Shown here in pieces: positions 1-12,866 of a stretch of 58,069 nucleotides of DNA (position 1 is the stretch's first letter; each line of letters begins with the position of its first letter). This DNA comes from Perkinsus olseni. Taxonomy: Eukaryota. Location of the stretch: positions 1-58,069 of the forward strand of contig JABANN010000170.1 of NCBI GenBank assembly GCA_013115125.1, written 5' to 3'. The position numbers and the translations under genes were made by a program. The notes beneath the pieces were generated by a model. It was not told the DNA's origin. It made no database searches and worked only from the letters and a program-made list of their open reading frames with translations.

Positions 1-700
1 ACAGGGTTGCGTTCGGGCCGAAAATTGGGACAGGGGGACAGTGACACACAATGGTCTAGCCATTGGTACAACAATGCGCTTTCCGGTGGCTGTCACAAGA
101 CCCTGGTTCGAATCTCGCGCCCGCCGATTCTCCACCTTCATGTGGACCAAACCCAAAATAGGGGACTTATGTGCTAGATGGGATGATACCATCCGGTATC
201 TCCGGATGCGACCGAACGTTAATAGTGAGCGGAGCGTGATGGCGTGGAAACATCCTTAGTCAATCACTCACTGTCACAATGAAAGACTCATTGTCACAGT
301 GAAACTGTACGAGCTGGCCGCAGCTCTACGAGCCTGGCTGATTCATTCGTCAATAACCCTCCCTCCGCGAAGTACTGGGATATACGATAACCTATTTTAC
401 CGAGCCGATAGTTGACATGATGAGAACTAGCATGCCTGAGGAGAGGTCTTTTCAGCGGGCCATCCATGACTCCTTTCATAGTAGTTTTCAATCTGATCCA
501 CTCGGGTCGGTGCGGAGCTAGCTGCGCTCGAGGAAGCGATATCACTATCACTCATTCCCACACCCTCTGCTGGGTCGGAGGCCTCATAAAGCGATGTTTG
601 TGACAGCGTTCTTGGGCCGTCTTTCATGGACACTGCTTCACCCGGCTCGGCTAGCAGCGAAGCGTCTTCCGCAGTGCCAGAGCGGTCAGGAGAATTGCCA
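1..700 (-). CDS. Partial hypothetical protein, probably spliced and running off the left end
   Basis: Overlapping minus-strand ORFs 427..762 and 294..551 with Ser/acidic composition; no recognisable domain. Confidence 0.25.
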
Positions 701-1041
701 AGGTTATAGAGGGGGAGGGGTGTTAGTTGAGATGAGAAATTCCTAACATAGAAGCGCAACAATTTTTGAACTTGAGAAGCATGTGGCTAGGTCGGATGAT
801 CTTTGATGTAACTTGCATCTTACGGCAGCTCTCTGAAACCAATAAAAATAACACCTTGGACGGAAATTTCGCGATAGGCAATGAGATAATCCCTAGGGAA
901 TTCGCTGGGGATTTTTGGACTGCAGTTGGTTTATCGGTCAATAGAGAAGCTAATTACTGTAGTACAAGGCTTTGCTCGGTCGTCCGCAAGTGTGAGTGTG
1001 TTAAGTGCATACTCGTTCCAGAGCAGTAGTCGTTCAGGCCA

Positions 1042-4000
1042 TTGTCGGCTTTGGCAAGCCGTCTTCACTCCCTGTTCGCGAGCTTCCAACAGCGGGCGGC
1101 CGCGGTCACTGCTATGGCGGAGGAGGGCCATGAGCTAGAAGTGTCAGATAGGGAGTTGGAAGGATATGCCATGGGCTTCAAGACTGCACTGGAACGAGCT
1201 CGCCGGGAGGTAGCTGGACCCGCTTCAAAGGATGCTTATGGGAGGCTATCTTAGGTTGAAGATGCTCTAGAGGAGTCAGCGCTGTTGGACTGGCCGGAGA
1301 TCGACACAGATTACGAGTCTCTTTGCCGGGCCATGGCCTGTGTGGACATAGTTGGAATATGCTTTGTACTGAGGGAGGCTGTGTCGCGGTTTGAGCCCTA
1401 CCACTCGATTGGAGCTTTCTCTTGCGCGAAGCTGAGCTGTCAGAGTTGAAAGTTTCATTTCATCACCAGTGGATTTCAAAGGAGGTGGTGTAGGTTTACG
1501 AGTCCGCGACTCGATCGTTCGGCACAGCATCACGGCTATTGAACTGGTATGTAGCTCATCATGATATGGACCAAGAAATCACTGAGGTACTATCAATTTA
1601 GGGGAATTCGTGCTGGTGAACGCACGTGAGCGCATACTCCTATTGTTGTTGACGAACTCGAGAGGCTGATCAAAACCCGGCTCTCATCGTAGCGAGGAAT
1701 GACGTTCTCTCTCATGAGAAAGTCGAATCAGTTGAATAATGGGAAGTGGCTAGGTGTGACCCAGAGAGCATGGCGATTCGCCAGGGAAATATTGTAACGG
1801 GGCCGTCTACGGTGGTTGAACGGTTCACCTTAAAGTTGGATCTCTACGTAGCCTGGTTGTCTCAGATATCGTCCCGAGCTCATGACTTGCTCATGCATGG
1901 AGACGGGGAGTCGGATGGCGAGGAGGAGTTTTGGGAGTGTGTGCAATTCCTAGCTTGCATGGATATGTCAAAGCACGTGGCACTACTGTTGACGCACTGG
2001 CTGCAAGAGAAGAGCGAGGATCATGAAGTGGATCAGGGGTAGTGGGGAGGGGCATCGGGGATTATTGTTATCGACGGAGTTTCTTTCGGAGAACTGAGGA
2101 AATTGTTACACGGTTTATCGAGTCTACCTGGCGCCTGGCGATACTCCTCGTGACGCTAATCGAGGAGTGGTGGAGTGCAATGAGAGCTGCGGGCATTGCA
2201 GTACCAGTATTCCTAACGCCTGTTGTATCTGTCGAGTTGACTGTTGTCATATGATCGTTGTGTGGCATACCCTCGCTTGAGACTATTCATGACAGCTTAC
2301 TATGCTCCTGCTCTTCCAGCGATCGTACTGATAACTTGTTGATATTGAGATACTGCTCTGAGCCTCGGATCGTACCACATCATCAGGTTGTTCGATGATG
2401 TGAGGCTCTTGGCTACTTTCTATGCGGATATACCATCGATGAATGACATCACTACGCACAGCAGAACAGTGGCGGAGTTCGAGAAGAGGATGGACAACCG
2501 AATGTACCTACGCAAGCCTAGGCGACTGGACGTGCATGGCCGTAATGTGGTCAGGAATCTGGCATACTCTGGCTGGAGCAAGGTCTGTGCTACGGGTAAG
2601 CAGCACAAGGAGACAGCGTTTATCTGGCAACTGAATGCCGGCAGTGAGGAGGTGAGTTGGCCGCTCGCCCGCTATGATATCATCGTCACGAGCAATAGTG
2701 GAATTACGTTGCAAGAGGGGCCGTGCGTGAATCATAGCAAACCTAAGACTTTAGTTTGAGCGAGTCGATATTATGGGTTTGCGGTAGCCGTTATTGCGTT
2801 ATTGCAGTCGTCTCGTCTTAGGGCATGGAATCCCTTATCAAGAGGATGTGCGAGCTCACCTCGCCTGAGACCGGCCCAGTAGAATCGGAGACTGCATGGT
2901 GAGAGGGCTGCTCATCAGCTTGGCAGGCGCAGAGTGGTCGCTGAGCTTCTTACAGGTATTTGAAAGTGATTCTAGAGTACTTCTGGTTCTACCCCAACCT
3001 CAATGTTACGGGTGGTGCCGTGAGTTCCATTGTAGAATCGGCGGCAAAGTTGCTCTCAACTGAGAAGGATGCTTCGGTGGGTGGTCCTCCTCCTATCCTC
3101 GTGGTGACCCCTATTTGCCTCTCCTAGGTTACTCCAATGGACGTGGTTGTGCATGCGTGCCTGACTGGGAACGTCAATGAGCTGCTCACCACTCTATCGG
3201 CTGATGGCAAGGAGTAATACTGGATCGTAGCTGCCTCTTAGTGCCTCCTCGATAACCATACTACTACTTATGTATTGAGCATGCACCATGCACATCTACT
3301 ATGGACTGCCGTATTTATGTAGAAAAGTGTGTTGAAGAACGGAGTGGTTTCTCTCGAGTCCATCATCGAGTCTCTCGCAGGTTCGGCGGTTCGATGACTG
3401 TCTGTCACATAGTGGATTTGCTTTATTACACGGGAAGTCTGTCAGAGGCCCTTCCAGCGGAGAGGGATGTGGAGCAATACAGGGACGGGTAATAGGGAGG
3501 TCTAAGTCGCCAATTCCCTCGCCCGGCCGAGCGTCCCAGTGTATCCCCCTGTTCAATAACCTAACTCTGAATCGCTTCTGGAATTGATTTTTTACAAGGA
3601 AGATTTTTCTCGGCGGTTCCAGAATCGATTCTGAGTTTCAGAATCTGTTTTTTGAAAGACATCTATATGTAGTCCCCATCCGCGACAAGTGCTATGAGCC
3701 GTGGCAGTGGTCATCGTTGGTAGGCATCTCGGTGACTACATCGATCTTCTCACGTCCCGGGCCCTGCACAAGGCGCTGGGATATCGGCTCGCGGAGGACT
3801 ACGCTGCGGCCTCGCATGAGGAGAAACTTCGCCGTCGGAAGCTCTCCAAGATACTCCTCGAAACAGCAGGTAGAGAATCTTCGCTGTGCGTCGTAGGGGC
3901 ATTGAAGTGGTCAGTAGATCCAGTCATCTTCTGCTGCTTCCTACGCTAGTGTGTTCATTCTTCAGAGGAGATAAGTCCGACTGATAATGACTTGATGGCG

Positions 4001-4582
4001 GTTATCAAGCGCAGCTTGGATCATCGCTTGCCCGATGTAGCCCTGAGAATATGCTTTGCCCGCTATGAGGCTCTCAGCGATAAGGACGTGCTCTCGGCGA
4101 TTCGGTGGCTTGAGAGATCACAGGACATCAGTACTTCTCGGAAGCCCCTTATTTCGGACTACCTTGACGCTCTATCGATGAAAGAGGGTGGGGTAGGGCA
4201 CTTGGTTGATATCTTCAAGGCAGCCAACCGTCTCAATGGTGGAGAGGCCTTGGGCCGGGGCAGACTGGGTTTCTACTCACGGCTGGCGGCAGCGACCGAG
4301 CGTCCAGAGGGTGGGACTATCGCTAAGCTCATCGTTAGTGACGACTGCCCACCGGAGGCGTTACCGGTATTGCTGAGTGAATTGAGGAGGGCTAAGGGCT
4401 GCGGAGTGCAGGGTGATGAGGCTATGGGGGTGTTGGGCAGATTACAGGACTGTGACTTGAACGAAGAGGAGGCCGACTTGGTGGAGTCTTTGTTGGTGGA
4501 GGTAGGGAAGGAGGCCGCTCATCGCCGCATTCAGAATCGTTTTTGGGGGGTGAGGGATAGCTTTCGCAGTAGTGTTTTGTGA
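1042..4582 (+). CDS. NUP85: Nucleoporin Nup85-like protein (multi-exon, start approximate)
   Basis: Exon peptides follow the order of Nup85 motifs as I recall them: LDLYVAWL, EEFWECVQFLACMDMSKHVALLL, VVVHACLTGNVNELL...HHAHLLMDC, LGDYIDLL...LAEDY, LMAVIKRSLDHRLPDVALRICFARYEALSDKDVLSAIRWLERSQD. GT-AG introns lie between them. Judged by eye. Confidence 0.55.
3563..3637. repeat. Intronic inverted repeat (21-bp arms, 2 mismatches), MITE-like
   Basis: aactctgaatcgcttctggaa (3563-3583) vs ttccagaatcgattctgagtt (3617-3637); AT-rich context. Confidence 0.75.
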
Positions 4583-5127
4583 AGGATTGGGATGAGCTTA
4601 TTGGTGTCCTCCTTTATTCAGTCATTCCTAAACTCCTCCACAGCTGGATCTCCGCAGCCATCTTCCGTGCTCGGTGAGCAGCAGCAGCAGAATGCCGGGC
4701 AATGGGTATTCGTCTAGACGTCCGTCGGTGATGGCGGCGCTACTGTTGCAACCGTTTCAATATGCTACGTATAACAAGATGACAAAATGTGGTGTTGTTG
4801 AGGTCCTTAATTAGCCGGGAGTCAATAGGCACGTCAGTGTAACACGGCGGCTTAAAGAAGGCGGCTGGCTGCTTCCACTGTATTGGTGGGTCGCCTCGAG
4901 GATGCGGAACGGTCTGACCTTCTCCCTATATGAACTGTGAGCATCAATTTTTCCGCTCTTACGTAATGCATAACGCGATCGTGCGCATGCTACTCACGAG
5001 GCTTGTAGTAAGGCAGTGCACAGAGGGGGACTGGTGGTGATGCTGGGGAGACTAGGCAGTGGTCTAGCCGACGCTTCCGAGGCCTTCGAGGTGCTGTCGG
5101 CAGTAGCGTTTCTAATTAGTGCATAGT

Positions 5128-7920
5128 ATGGCGCATGCTGTCCGATCGCTCGCGAGGCAGGAGGCCACAGTGAGAGCGATGCCGTCTCTGTTGCGGTATA
5201 CCACACCATTCCGAGCTTCGGACCCTTCGCACCGTCACATCACCGACATCCAGGCCTTGGTCGGTGCGGTGCACACAGACTTCTACGGCAACTCTCGGGA
5301 AAGGATGGTCTCTCGAGCGCCTGAGCTGATGCATTTTATGGCGGCGATGCGGCCTGGGGAGCTGGGGTTGGTCTCACATCACTTCGCGAAGATGGGGTAC
5401 CGGGAGAAAGGCTTCTGGTGAGGTTTCCTCGAGTGCGAAAACGTCATTGTGTGGTTCCTGTGCAGGGCGGAGGTATCCCGCGCGGTGATGGAGTACGGCA
5501 TGGTAGACCCTGTAGCGTGGGATGTTGCTTGCATAGTTAATGCCTTCGCCACCATCGACTACTATGATGAAAAGGTGATGGCTCTTCTACTAAGATACTC
5601 CGCCACGTTTTCGCGTATCTTGCTTGGGAATTTGAGAGAGTATCGTACGGTTCGGTGGTCGTCATAAATCTATCTCTCGCCTCGCCGACGTTTCCAGGGC
5701 AGCAGCATATTACAGGATGCTGACTTTTTCATGACGAGTGGGCTCTTCTTAAGTCGACACTCTGTAGGTTATTCAGCATTGCCTGGTGATAGTGCTTGTC
5801 CTTCAGTGCATTCTATTCCTAGCGGACCAGCTCCGTACTGTGGTTGGCACCATAGACCACATTACGATATCTGTGCTACTACATGGCCTAGGGAGGCTCA
5901 ACGAGCCCAGAAAGGGTGAGTTTCTGCCTGGTGATGGTGATCTCGCGGCCTTATAGTTTACCCTTGCTACTGTGTCACTTCGATTATCAGAACGTTATCG
6001 AGGAGTCCCTTTATCAGAGCATCGCTCTCGTTTGTCTTACTTTGAGCTTCCAGCGGGTCCTGAAAACGCTATGCCATCAGCAGTTCTCGGGGAGCTGCCG
6101 TATGAGACTGTCATTTCTCGTGGAACCAGTCGGCCAACATCGTTTCGGAGTCTGTCTGTTCATTCCTCTGGGGAGCAACGGGCTTCGAATGGACATGTTC
6201 TGGAAGATGAAGGTTTCCGAGTCAGCGAGAACAGCGTGCATGAATGCCTCTTGGTTGAATCACTCACTATTCAGTTGGAGAGCATAGGGGTCGATCGTCC
6301 CATCGGATTCCCAAGGAGGCCCTCGATTCCTTTCTGGATACCTGTGGGGACTGGATCATGGCTAATCGTGGCAATCTGAAGGTCTGTGCCATGGGACAGT
6401 CCATGCAGGGCTTTGCCAAGTTGAAATACTATCGCGATGATCTGTTCACGGTGAGTTCGGGCGGTGCGGCATGCGCTTGTCGAGCTGGTCTCCTTTACTG
6501 ATGCGAATCGGCATGGTCGTGGCGCTTCTCCTGCGTGGAATATGGTCGCGCCTGTGAGCTTGATAGCGTTGTTTGCAGGCACTCGCGGAGAAGGTCCGCG
6601 AAATGGCGAAGGACTTCAACTTGGCGCAGCTGTCCATGGTCATCAATGCCATGGCGAGAAGTCTGACTCACGATTGGGAGGCGGTAGAGGCTCCGCTACT
6701 CGCGCAGGCAGGAACGGCTACTGTCAGGAGGAGGCGGTTTGCCTTCGACTGGAGACAATCCTAGCTGAGATGGACGATTCACAACTACCCGAAGCGTCTA
6801 ACTTCATCGCTGGCATCCTCACAGCGTTTTTGAAGCTGGAAGCGGACTGTAATTTCGTGGCGCGCGAAATAACGCGCGACAGGTAGCGTCATGGTTGACA
6901 GGCCATCCGACTTTGGAAGAAACCATATTACGGCATCTACCTCGATTCATGCCCCTGCTGAGCATGACCGATATCGTCCTTACGGTTCCCTCTCTGGCGC
7001 GGCTGGTCCAAGTTGTCCCACAGAGGGAATTCCTGGAGGCTATCTTTAACGGAAAATGTCGACAGTACATTGCAGCCTACGAGAAGGAGGGGTTGGGAGG
7101 GATTATGCTCACAGCGTAGGCGAGGGCGCTCCACTGGCAACGTGCTCGAACTTCGATCCCTTATGGTCTACTGTAGCGGCGAGGCCTCGTGGAAAGCTCA
7201 CCTCCCCGAGTCATCTCGTGTCATCAGATGCGCGTATCCAACCATGTTTTGTGATCAGACAGCGTCTGGGTTTCACTTATGACATCTGCTGGTGGGAGGA
7301 AGCAGTTGAGCAGGCGATTACTACGATCAACAGAGGCCGATGGAAAGGTCTCACAGCGGCATCCGTCATCTATGCTGTCGCCAGGTCGGGGTGCTACTGG
7401 CCTTGTTGTATTACGTCATTACAAGTCAGAGTATGCCTTCTTCAGATTGGGAGTGACATCGGAGAACTCCAACGTTTCAACCGAGATTCTCACGCAATTC
7501 AAAAATATGAGAAAAAGACTTTTCGAGAGCGTCAGTCCAGTGCTACCGGACCAGGTCACTGATTGGTAGGCAGCGCGGCAGCTAGTTGGCGTTTTGCTGA
7601 TGGCGATTGTCCTCCCCAGGCATCCTAGGGCGGTCACAACGTTACTGACGGCGTGCGTCAAGACAGACTATTGCGACAAAGAACTTGCCCGGGCTCTGTT
7701 CGACCGGGCCTACGCGACACTGCATCAGTACAACGCGAAAGATATATCGCAGCTGATCTCAGCGATGGGAGTATTCGAAGTGGCACATGGGAATCTCATT
7801 CGAGTTGTAGAACAGCGGTTCGAGACGAAGGCCTTGGTGATGGACCCAGGCCTGATGGCTGTGTTCCAGACTGCTTATTCGAGACTTGGAAGAGAGTGGC
7901 TGTTTCTGCATCGGAGATGA
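5128..7920 (+). CDS. Alpha-helical repeat protein (HPR/FASTK/RAP-associated type), likely organellar RNA-binding; paralog 1
   Basis: N-terminus MAHAVRSLAR...LLRYTTPFRAS resembles a targeting peptide. Recurring units: MRPGELGLVSHHFAKMGYREKGFW, DVACIVNAFATIDYYDE, FNLAQLSMVINAMAR, YNAKDISQLISAMG. Confidence 0.6.
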
Positions 7921-8093
7921 CATGAGTTTCTGACCGGTTACTTGTGTTGGTTTATAAATAGGTGGGATGGATTAAGTTCGTTATCCTGACTCTGATTTTG
8001 GTTCGAGTGACAGCTCGGTTGCCAATTCGGTTCTTCTAGACATACGAATCGTGCTCGCACCAGCGGCGACAAAGCCACGTCGGATGTCTGATA

Positions 8094-8166
8094 AGCCTTC
8101 TGCCGGAGTCGAACCGACGACCTCCCGCTTACTAAGCGGGTGCTCTACCAACTAAGCTAAGAAGGC
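8094..8166 (-). tRNA. tRNA-Thr(AGT)
   Basis: GCCTTCTTAGCTTAGTTGGTAGAGCACCCGCTTAGTAAGCGGGAGGTCGTCGGTTCGACTCCGGCAGAAGGCT; full cloverleaf, anticodon stem CCCGC/GCGGG, loop TTAGTAA. Confidence 0.97.
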
Positions 8167-8548
8167 TTGATAGGGGAGTTTGTTTTTACTTTTCATTGGA
8201 CGTCAGCTGACTCCTTTGTTCTATGAAATGCGTGGGCTAGCTGCCGCTTCCAACTCACCGGACCTCAGAATGTATGTTCTGGTTCTCGTTGCTACGTGAG
8301 AGTCGGCAATGAAGGTTAGTAGTGGTCCGGTGTGGATCACCCAGTGGAAACTATAAGTCCGTGATAATCTAAGACTACGAGTCCGAGGAACTAACTAGGC
8401 TCAACCTTATCGACCTCAGTTGATTATGAGGAACTGCGTGTCGTCTCTCCACAAGGGATGGGTAACGTCTCTTCCGTGTGAGCACTTCTGGGTGTTCGGG
8501 CGAGGTCACTGCCCGTCCAGATAGGCTTGTCAGCATCAAGTCCATATA

Positions 8549-11146
8549 ATGCACGCCTCGATCGGCCGTGGAGGTCTCAAGGTTGCGGCTGAGGGGATTT
8601 CAGTCGACCGGATTGCGTCGCTGGGTAGCTGGGTGAAGGAGTGCCATGAGTTGTATCTCAAGAAGGACGCGCAAGCCGTAAGCTACCTTCATCCGTCGGG
8701 CAGTATACGGACTAGAACTCATTCGTCATTTGACACTGACAAACGGTGTATCGCTGCCTTCCCTTCAGCTGGCTCGACGGGCTCCTGAGTTTCTCGAGCT
8801 GACTCCCTTCCTTCGCGGCTACGAGCTTTCGATGCTAGCGAATCATTTCGCCATGATCAAGCTGCAGAGGGAGGAGTTTTGGTGGGCAGCTTTCTTCTGT
8901 TACCTTCCATTGCGAGTACTCCGCCGCCAGTCACGCAGTGCTGCTGGTCTGTTTCCCAGCTCAAGGCTCACCTGTAGGCACGCTTTGGCCAGAAAGTTGA
9001 TAGAAAACGGGTTGCCAGATCCGACACCAGACGATGTCGCGCTGATATCAGATGCATATGGCAAAGCTCAGTGCTTTAGCACCGAGGTCTGCTCCGTATC
9101 AGTCCCCACTATGGCGAGGAGCACACGATCTTACACTCAGGTCATGAGGCTGCTGGCCCAACAGCTTTCTGTGATAGAGAGCCGGTTGGAGGCCTATCCT
9201 CTGAGTGTTCTGATGATGTCCTTGGCGAATATGGTTGAGCATCGCGAGGATAGTAAGCAGCTGCTCGCTCCTGGGTTGCGGTCTGATGCGTTTTAGCGTT
9301 CCCATCATTGAACTTGAAGGGGGAGAGCGAATGTTCGATTCGCGAATTGGCAGATGCTGCATCCGCTGTCCCTCTCAACCTACAAGCGCTCAACGTTTTC
9401 AGATCGGCTCGCCCCGCGACCTCGTCAGGGATTTCGTTCGGCTGCTCGGGCAGACGCAGACGACATGATTGACCTGTTGGAACCGGTCGCCGCGTGGGTG
9501 ATCAGAAATGATCACACACTCTCAGCCTTAACATTAACCTCGATCCTGCAGGGCTTCACGAAGCTGAGATACACTAATACAGCCTTGTACCGTGTGAGTG
9601 ATGGTGCAATCTGTCATGACTGATCGGAAGTGATTGTCCTCTCAGAGTTTGGCCGCAGCCACCCGGCTGTTGGCCCCACAGATGTCGTTTGAACAAGTGT
9701 GCGCGAATTTAGCATCCTTCAACAGGCTGGAGAGGCACGACCGACGGGCTGTAGGTTCTTCAACGAGATCTAGACACTGCTATGTTTACACTGTGGCTGC
9801 CGCTACGTTTCTGAAATTCACTCGCTGATTAAAATGAAATCTGTATTGCAAAGCCTTCTGCTGGAGTTGAACCGACGACCTCCCGCTTACTAAGCGGGTG
9901 CTCTACCAACTAAGCTAAGAAGGCTGAACCTTCGGAACATGTATGTACCCTCGCTGTGCCCAGATAATAGCTCTACTTGATCGGCTTGACGAGCTGCCCG
10001 AAGATGAGATGATGGACAATGCTTTCTTGCCATCGTTAGTTCATGTGGTTGGGAAGTTGGGATTGAAAAGTAGGTCTGTTGTCACCGACCAAGTTGCCGC
10101 TCTCCCATGTCTTCCAACAATGAACAGCTCGAATATTATTGCGCGATACCAGCGAAACTCCTCACTAGGTGTGAGTCGTCCAGGGAATCCCCGAAATTCG
10201 AGTATGTGGTCGGAGCGTTCAGCCGTACTTTGGTCTCAGACCAGAGCGTGCAGAGAACCATATCGAGGAGGCTGCCGGGTTGCATGACTGACATGAAGAT
10301 CGGCGAGCTGATCCGTGTGCTCAGCATGTTGCCAACAGTCGTGCATCGACCCTCTGCGACGTTCCTCCACGAACTTTTTGCTCCGAGCGCGAGATGCCAA
10401 CGCGAACTCAGGCATAGTCATGACCAGACCATCATCAGCGTCATCGTTGAGGCAGCGTAACGGAATATATCGCCAGTGCTGCTGCTTTTACACTTCATCC
10501 TCAGTAATCGCCTCGGCTATGATTCCGAGCCAGAATTCTGGAAGCTTGTGATGGAGACTGTGCCAGGGGAAGTGGCAGCCAACCAGTGGCTCGCAGAGCC
10601 CTTTGTAAAGTGCTTTGTGGCTGTGGCGAAGCTCGAGGTTGAGAATTACCCGGTGGAAGTCCCTCAGTTCTTCGAAGTGATGGAACCAATGATCGTGAGG
10701 GAAATTCCCGGATGGTAAGCTCCTAGTTGTAACGTGGTACAAAACAACTCTGCGGATCCGTGCGCCCTCATTTGATCCGAACGCGCTCGAATTCTAAGAT
10801 CGAGCGAGACAGCTGTTGCTGGTGCTTCAGGAACACCACCATAGTCACGGCTCTGACATGGGGACTTCTATGGCGAAAACAAGCATTGGACCCTACCGTC
10901 ACGGCCGTCCTCCAGTTCGCGCGAGAGAACATCACCGCCTACGACAAGGCCGACGTATACCGGTTGATACGGCTATTGGCTTCCCTCGGCGACCGTCCTC
11001 CATGTGAACTGGCACCGCTCATCGAGATGGTCAACCAGCGAATAGACCAGGGGCAGTTCTTTTACTCAGAATACCAGTGCAAATTAGTGAAAACCTTTTG
11101 TGACAGATTTGATTTATATGTTCGTTGCGATGTTTCTCAGAGATAG
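8549..11146 (+). CDS. Alpha-helical repeat protein (HPR/FASTK/RAP-associated type); paralog 2 (start may lie near 8425)
   Basis: RRAPEFLELTPFLRGYELSMLANHFAMIKLQREEFW aligns with paralog 1, with the same intron position in the FW codon. Further units: LSALTLTSILQGFTKLRYTN, MSFEQVCANLASFNRL, YDKADVYRLIRLLA. Confidence 0.6.
9852..9924 (-). tRNA. tRNA-Thr(AGT), second copy, intronic, with a T-stem mismatch (possible pseudogene)
   Basis: 71/73 identical to 8094..8166; T-arm GTCGG TTCAACT CCAGC has a C-A mismatch; antisense within intron 9751..9963. Confidence 0.88.
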
Positions 11147-11303
11147 TAGTTTCTGAAAGTGGGTTGAGTCGAGTTTGGAGTGGTATTAAGGCGAGCGAGG
11201 TTTTTTCTTCGCTGGAATTCCGAAAGCGCAAGTTGTTTAGCGCTCGCCCTCAATGCTTCGAGGGCTGTTCCACGTGAGCACTTCTACTCGCACTGTCTTT
11301 TAG

Positions 11304-12866
11304 ATGAGTTTTGTATCAACTGAACTCAATGGGGACATAGACGAAGGCCATCTTCATAGCAAGTGCTGGCTTCAGGGCCTGGCGGGCTGGCTCATGGTAG
11401 GAAGTCGTCCACAGCCACCTGCTCTTCGCTGCTACGAGGGGCGAGACGGCACCGTCAGGCCGTCTTCTCTCCTACCGGCGGACTCATTAGCGACCCTTGT
11501 GCTGTCTCAGATCATCGGGCTTGTCTTCGGTGCTGTATTCAATTGCTTCAGCTCGGCCAGGGCGTATACCCACCCCTTCGCTCAGTTGAATTTGGAGGCT
11601 TTTGAGGTACCAATTAGCTTCACTCATCATTATAGTCATAAATGTAGCACATTTACCGTAGGACTTTGCTGACTTTACTAACGTCAGCATCAAGCACATA
11701 GAGTGCGCCGGCTTAGCGGCGACTGCCCTTTACATCACAGCCTTCGGTAGGCCACGGGTCAGCTTCCCCTCGCCGGACTGCTGCCGTTTGATCTCAGCCG
11801 TGCTCTTCCGAGCTGTGAACTCTGTCTCCTCTTCCTGGAGGGTCTCTCTCATCGCCATCACCGGCCTTGCGTTGGCGGTGCATGCCTTCGGTGGATGGTG
11901 TTTGTATGAAACAGCAGATGCCTTGCTGAGGATTGGTAATGCGATGGAGACGACGCTATCGGATCTGCGCGATCGACCCTGTCGTGATGTGGTCGTGCGC
12001 ACAGCGGTCAAAAGAAATAACGAGAGCTCTGGCTCGATCTTGTTTCCAATTCTCATTTCTTGTCAGAGGAAAGCAAGAGCGTCGAGGTCGGCAACCTCAT
12101 CCAGGACCCCGCCTTCAACCTTACCAACGTCACGACGTCACTGCAGTCCTTCGCGTGCACTTGGGAAACTGGCTCCTGCCAGCTAGGCTCTTCACGCGTC
12201 CTCAATTCAGCTTGCTATATGGGGACAGCCACGGCGCGGCCGGTACGCCTACCTACCGGTCAGCAGACACTGGATCGAATCCCTGTTCAGATAGCGTGCC
12301 CTGCCCTCGCGCTAGACAGAGGCAATGCTACGGGCAGCTTCGACGGTGTCCTCGGACAACTCTGCGGGCCCCAGAGTATCTTCGCTGTTAACGGCGGTCT
12401 GCTTCCTGAGCCCTCAACTCATTGTGTCCAGTGTGATGCTGCAGCTGTTCGACAGGGTATAATGGACCCTGAGGTCACGGCGGCTGCATGTGGTTGCTTG
12501 GCGGGTGAGAGTCTACTCGAATAGCGTCCGGGAATTGTGGTGATCGTCTCACGAGGCTGTTTCAGGTGTTGGTGACTTCTTCACGTTATACGGTTACAAC
12601 TACTTCCTTGCCATGTTCAGCATAGGAGCTGTCGGCTTCTTTATCGCCTTCACCGCCCTTGTAGTTTACTTGCTGGTGTTGATCATAATGAAGTAAGTCT
12701 GGGCTAAACACTCTCCATATTCTGAGTTGTTTCGGGAATTTCTTCCTGTGTTCTGAAGAAATCCGCAACAGCGTGATTTTGTCTCAGGTCATACGGAGGC
12801 TGGCACTTCCATGAGTGGTTCCGAGAAAGTTCCGATGATAGCGATTCGGCCGAGGATGAGTTCTGA
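11304..12866 (+). CDS. Tetraspanin-like membrane protein with a large Cys-rich loop (multi-exon)
   Basis: N-terminal hydrophobic segments (IIGLVFGAVF, LAATALYITAFG, LIAITGLALAVHAFGG), Cys-rich loop with NLT/NVT/NAT sequons, final TM YFLAMFSIGAVGFFIAFTALVVYLLVLI, acidic tail ...SAEDEF*. Confidence 0.5.

Noticed and set aside
100-125. B-box-like CTGGTTCGAATC as another tRNA relic
   Set aside because: No T-stem pairing or other tRNA context.
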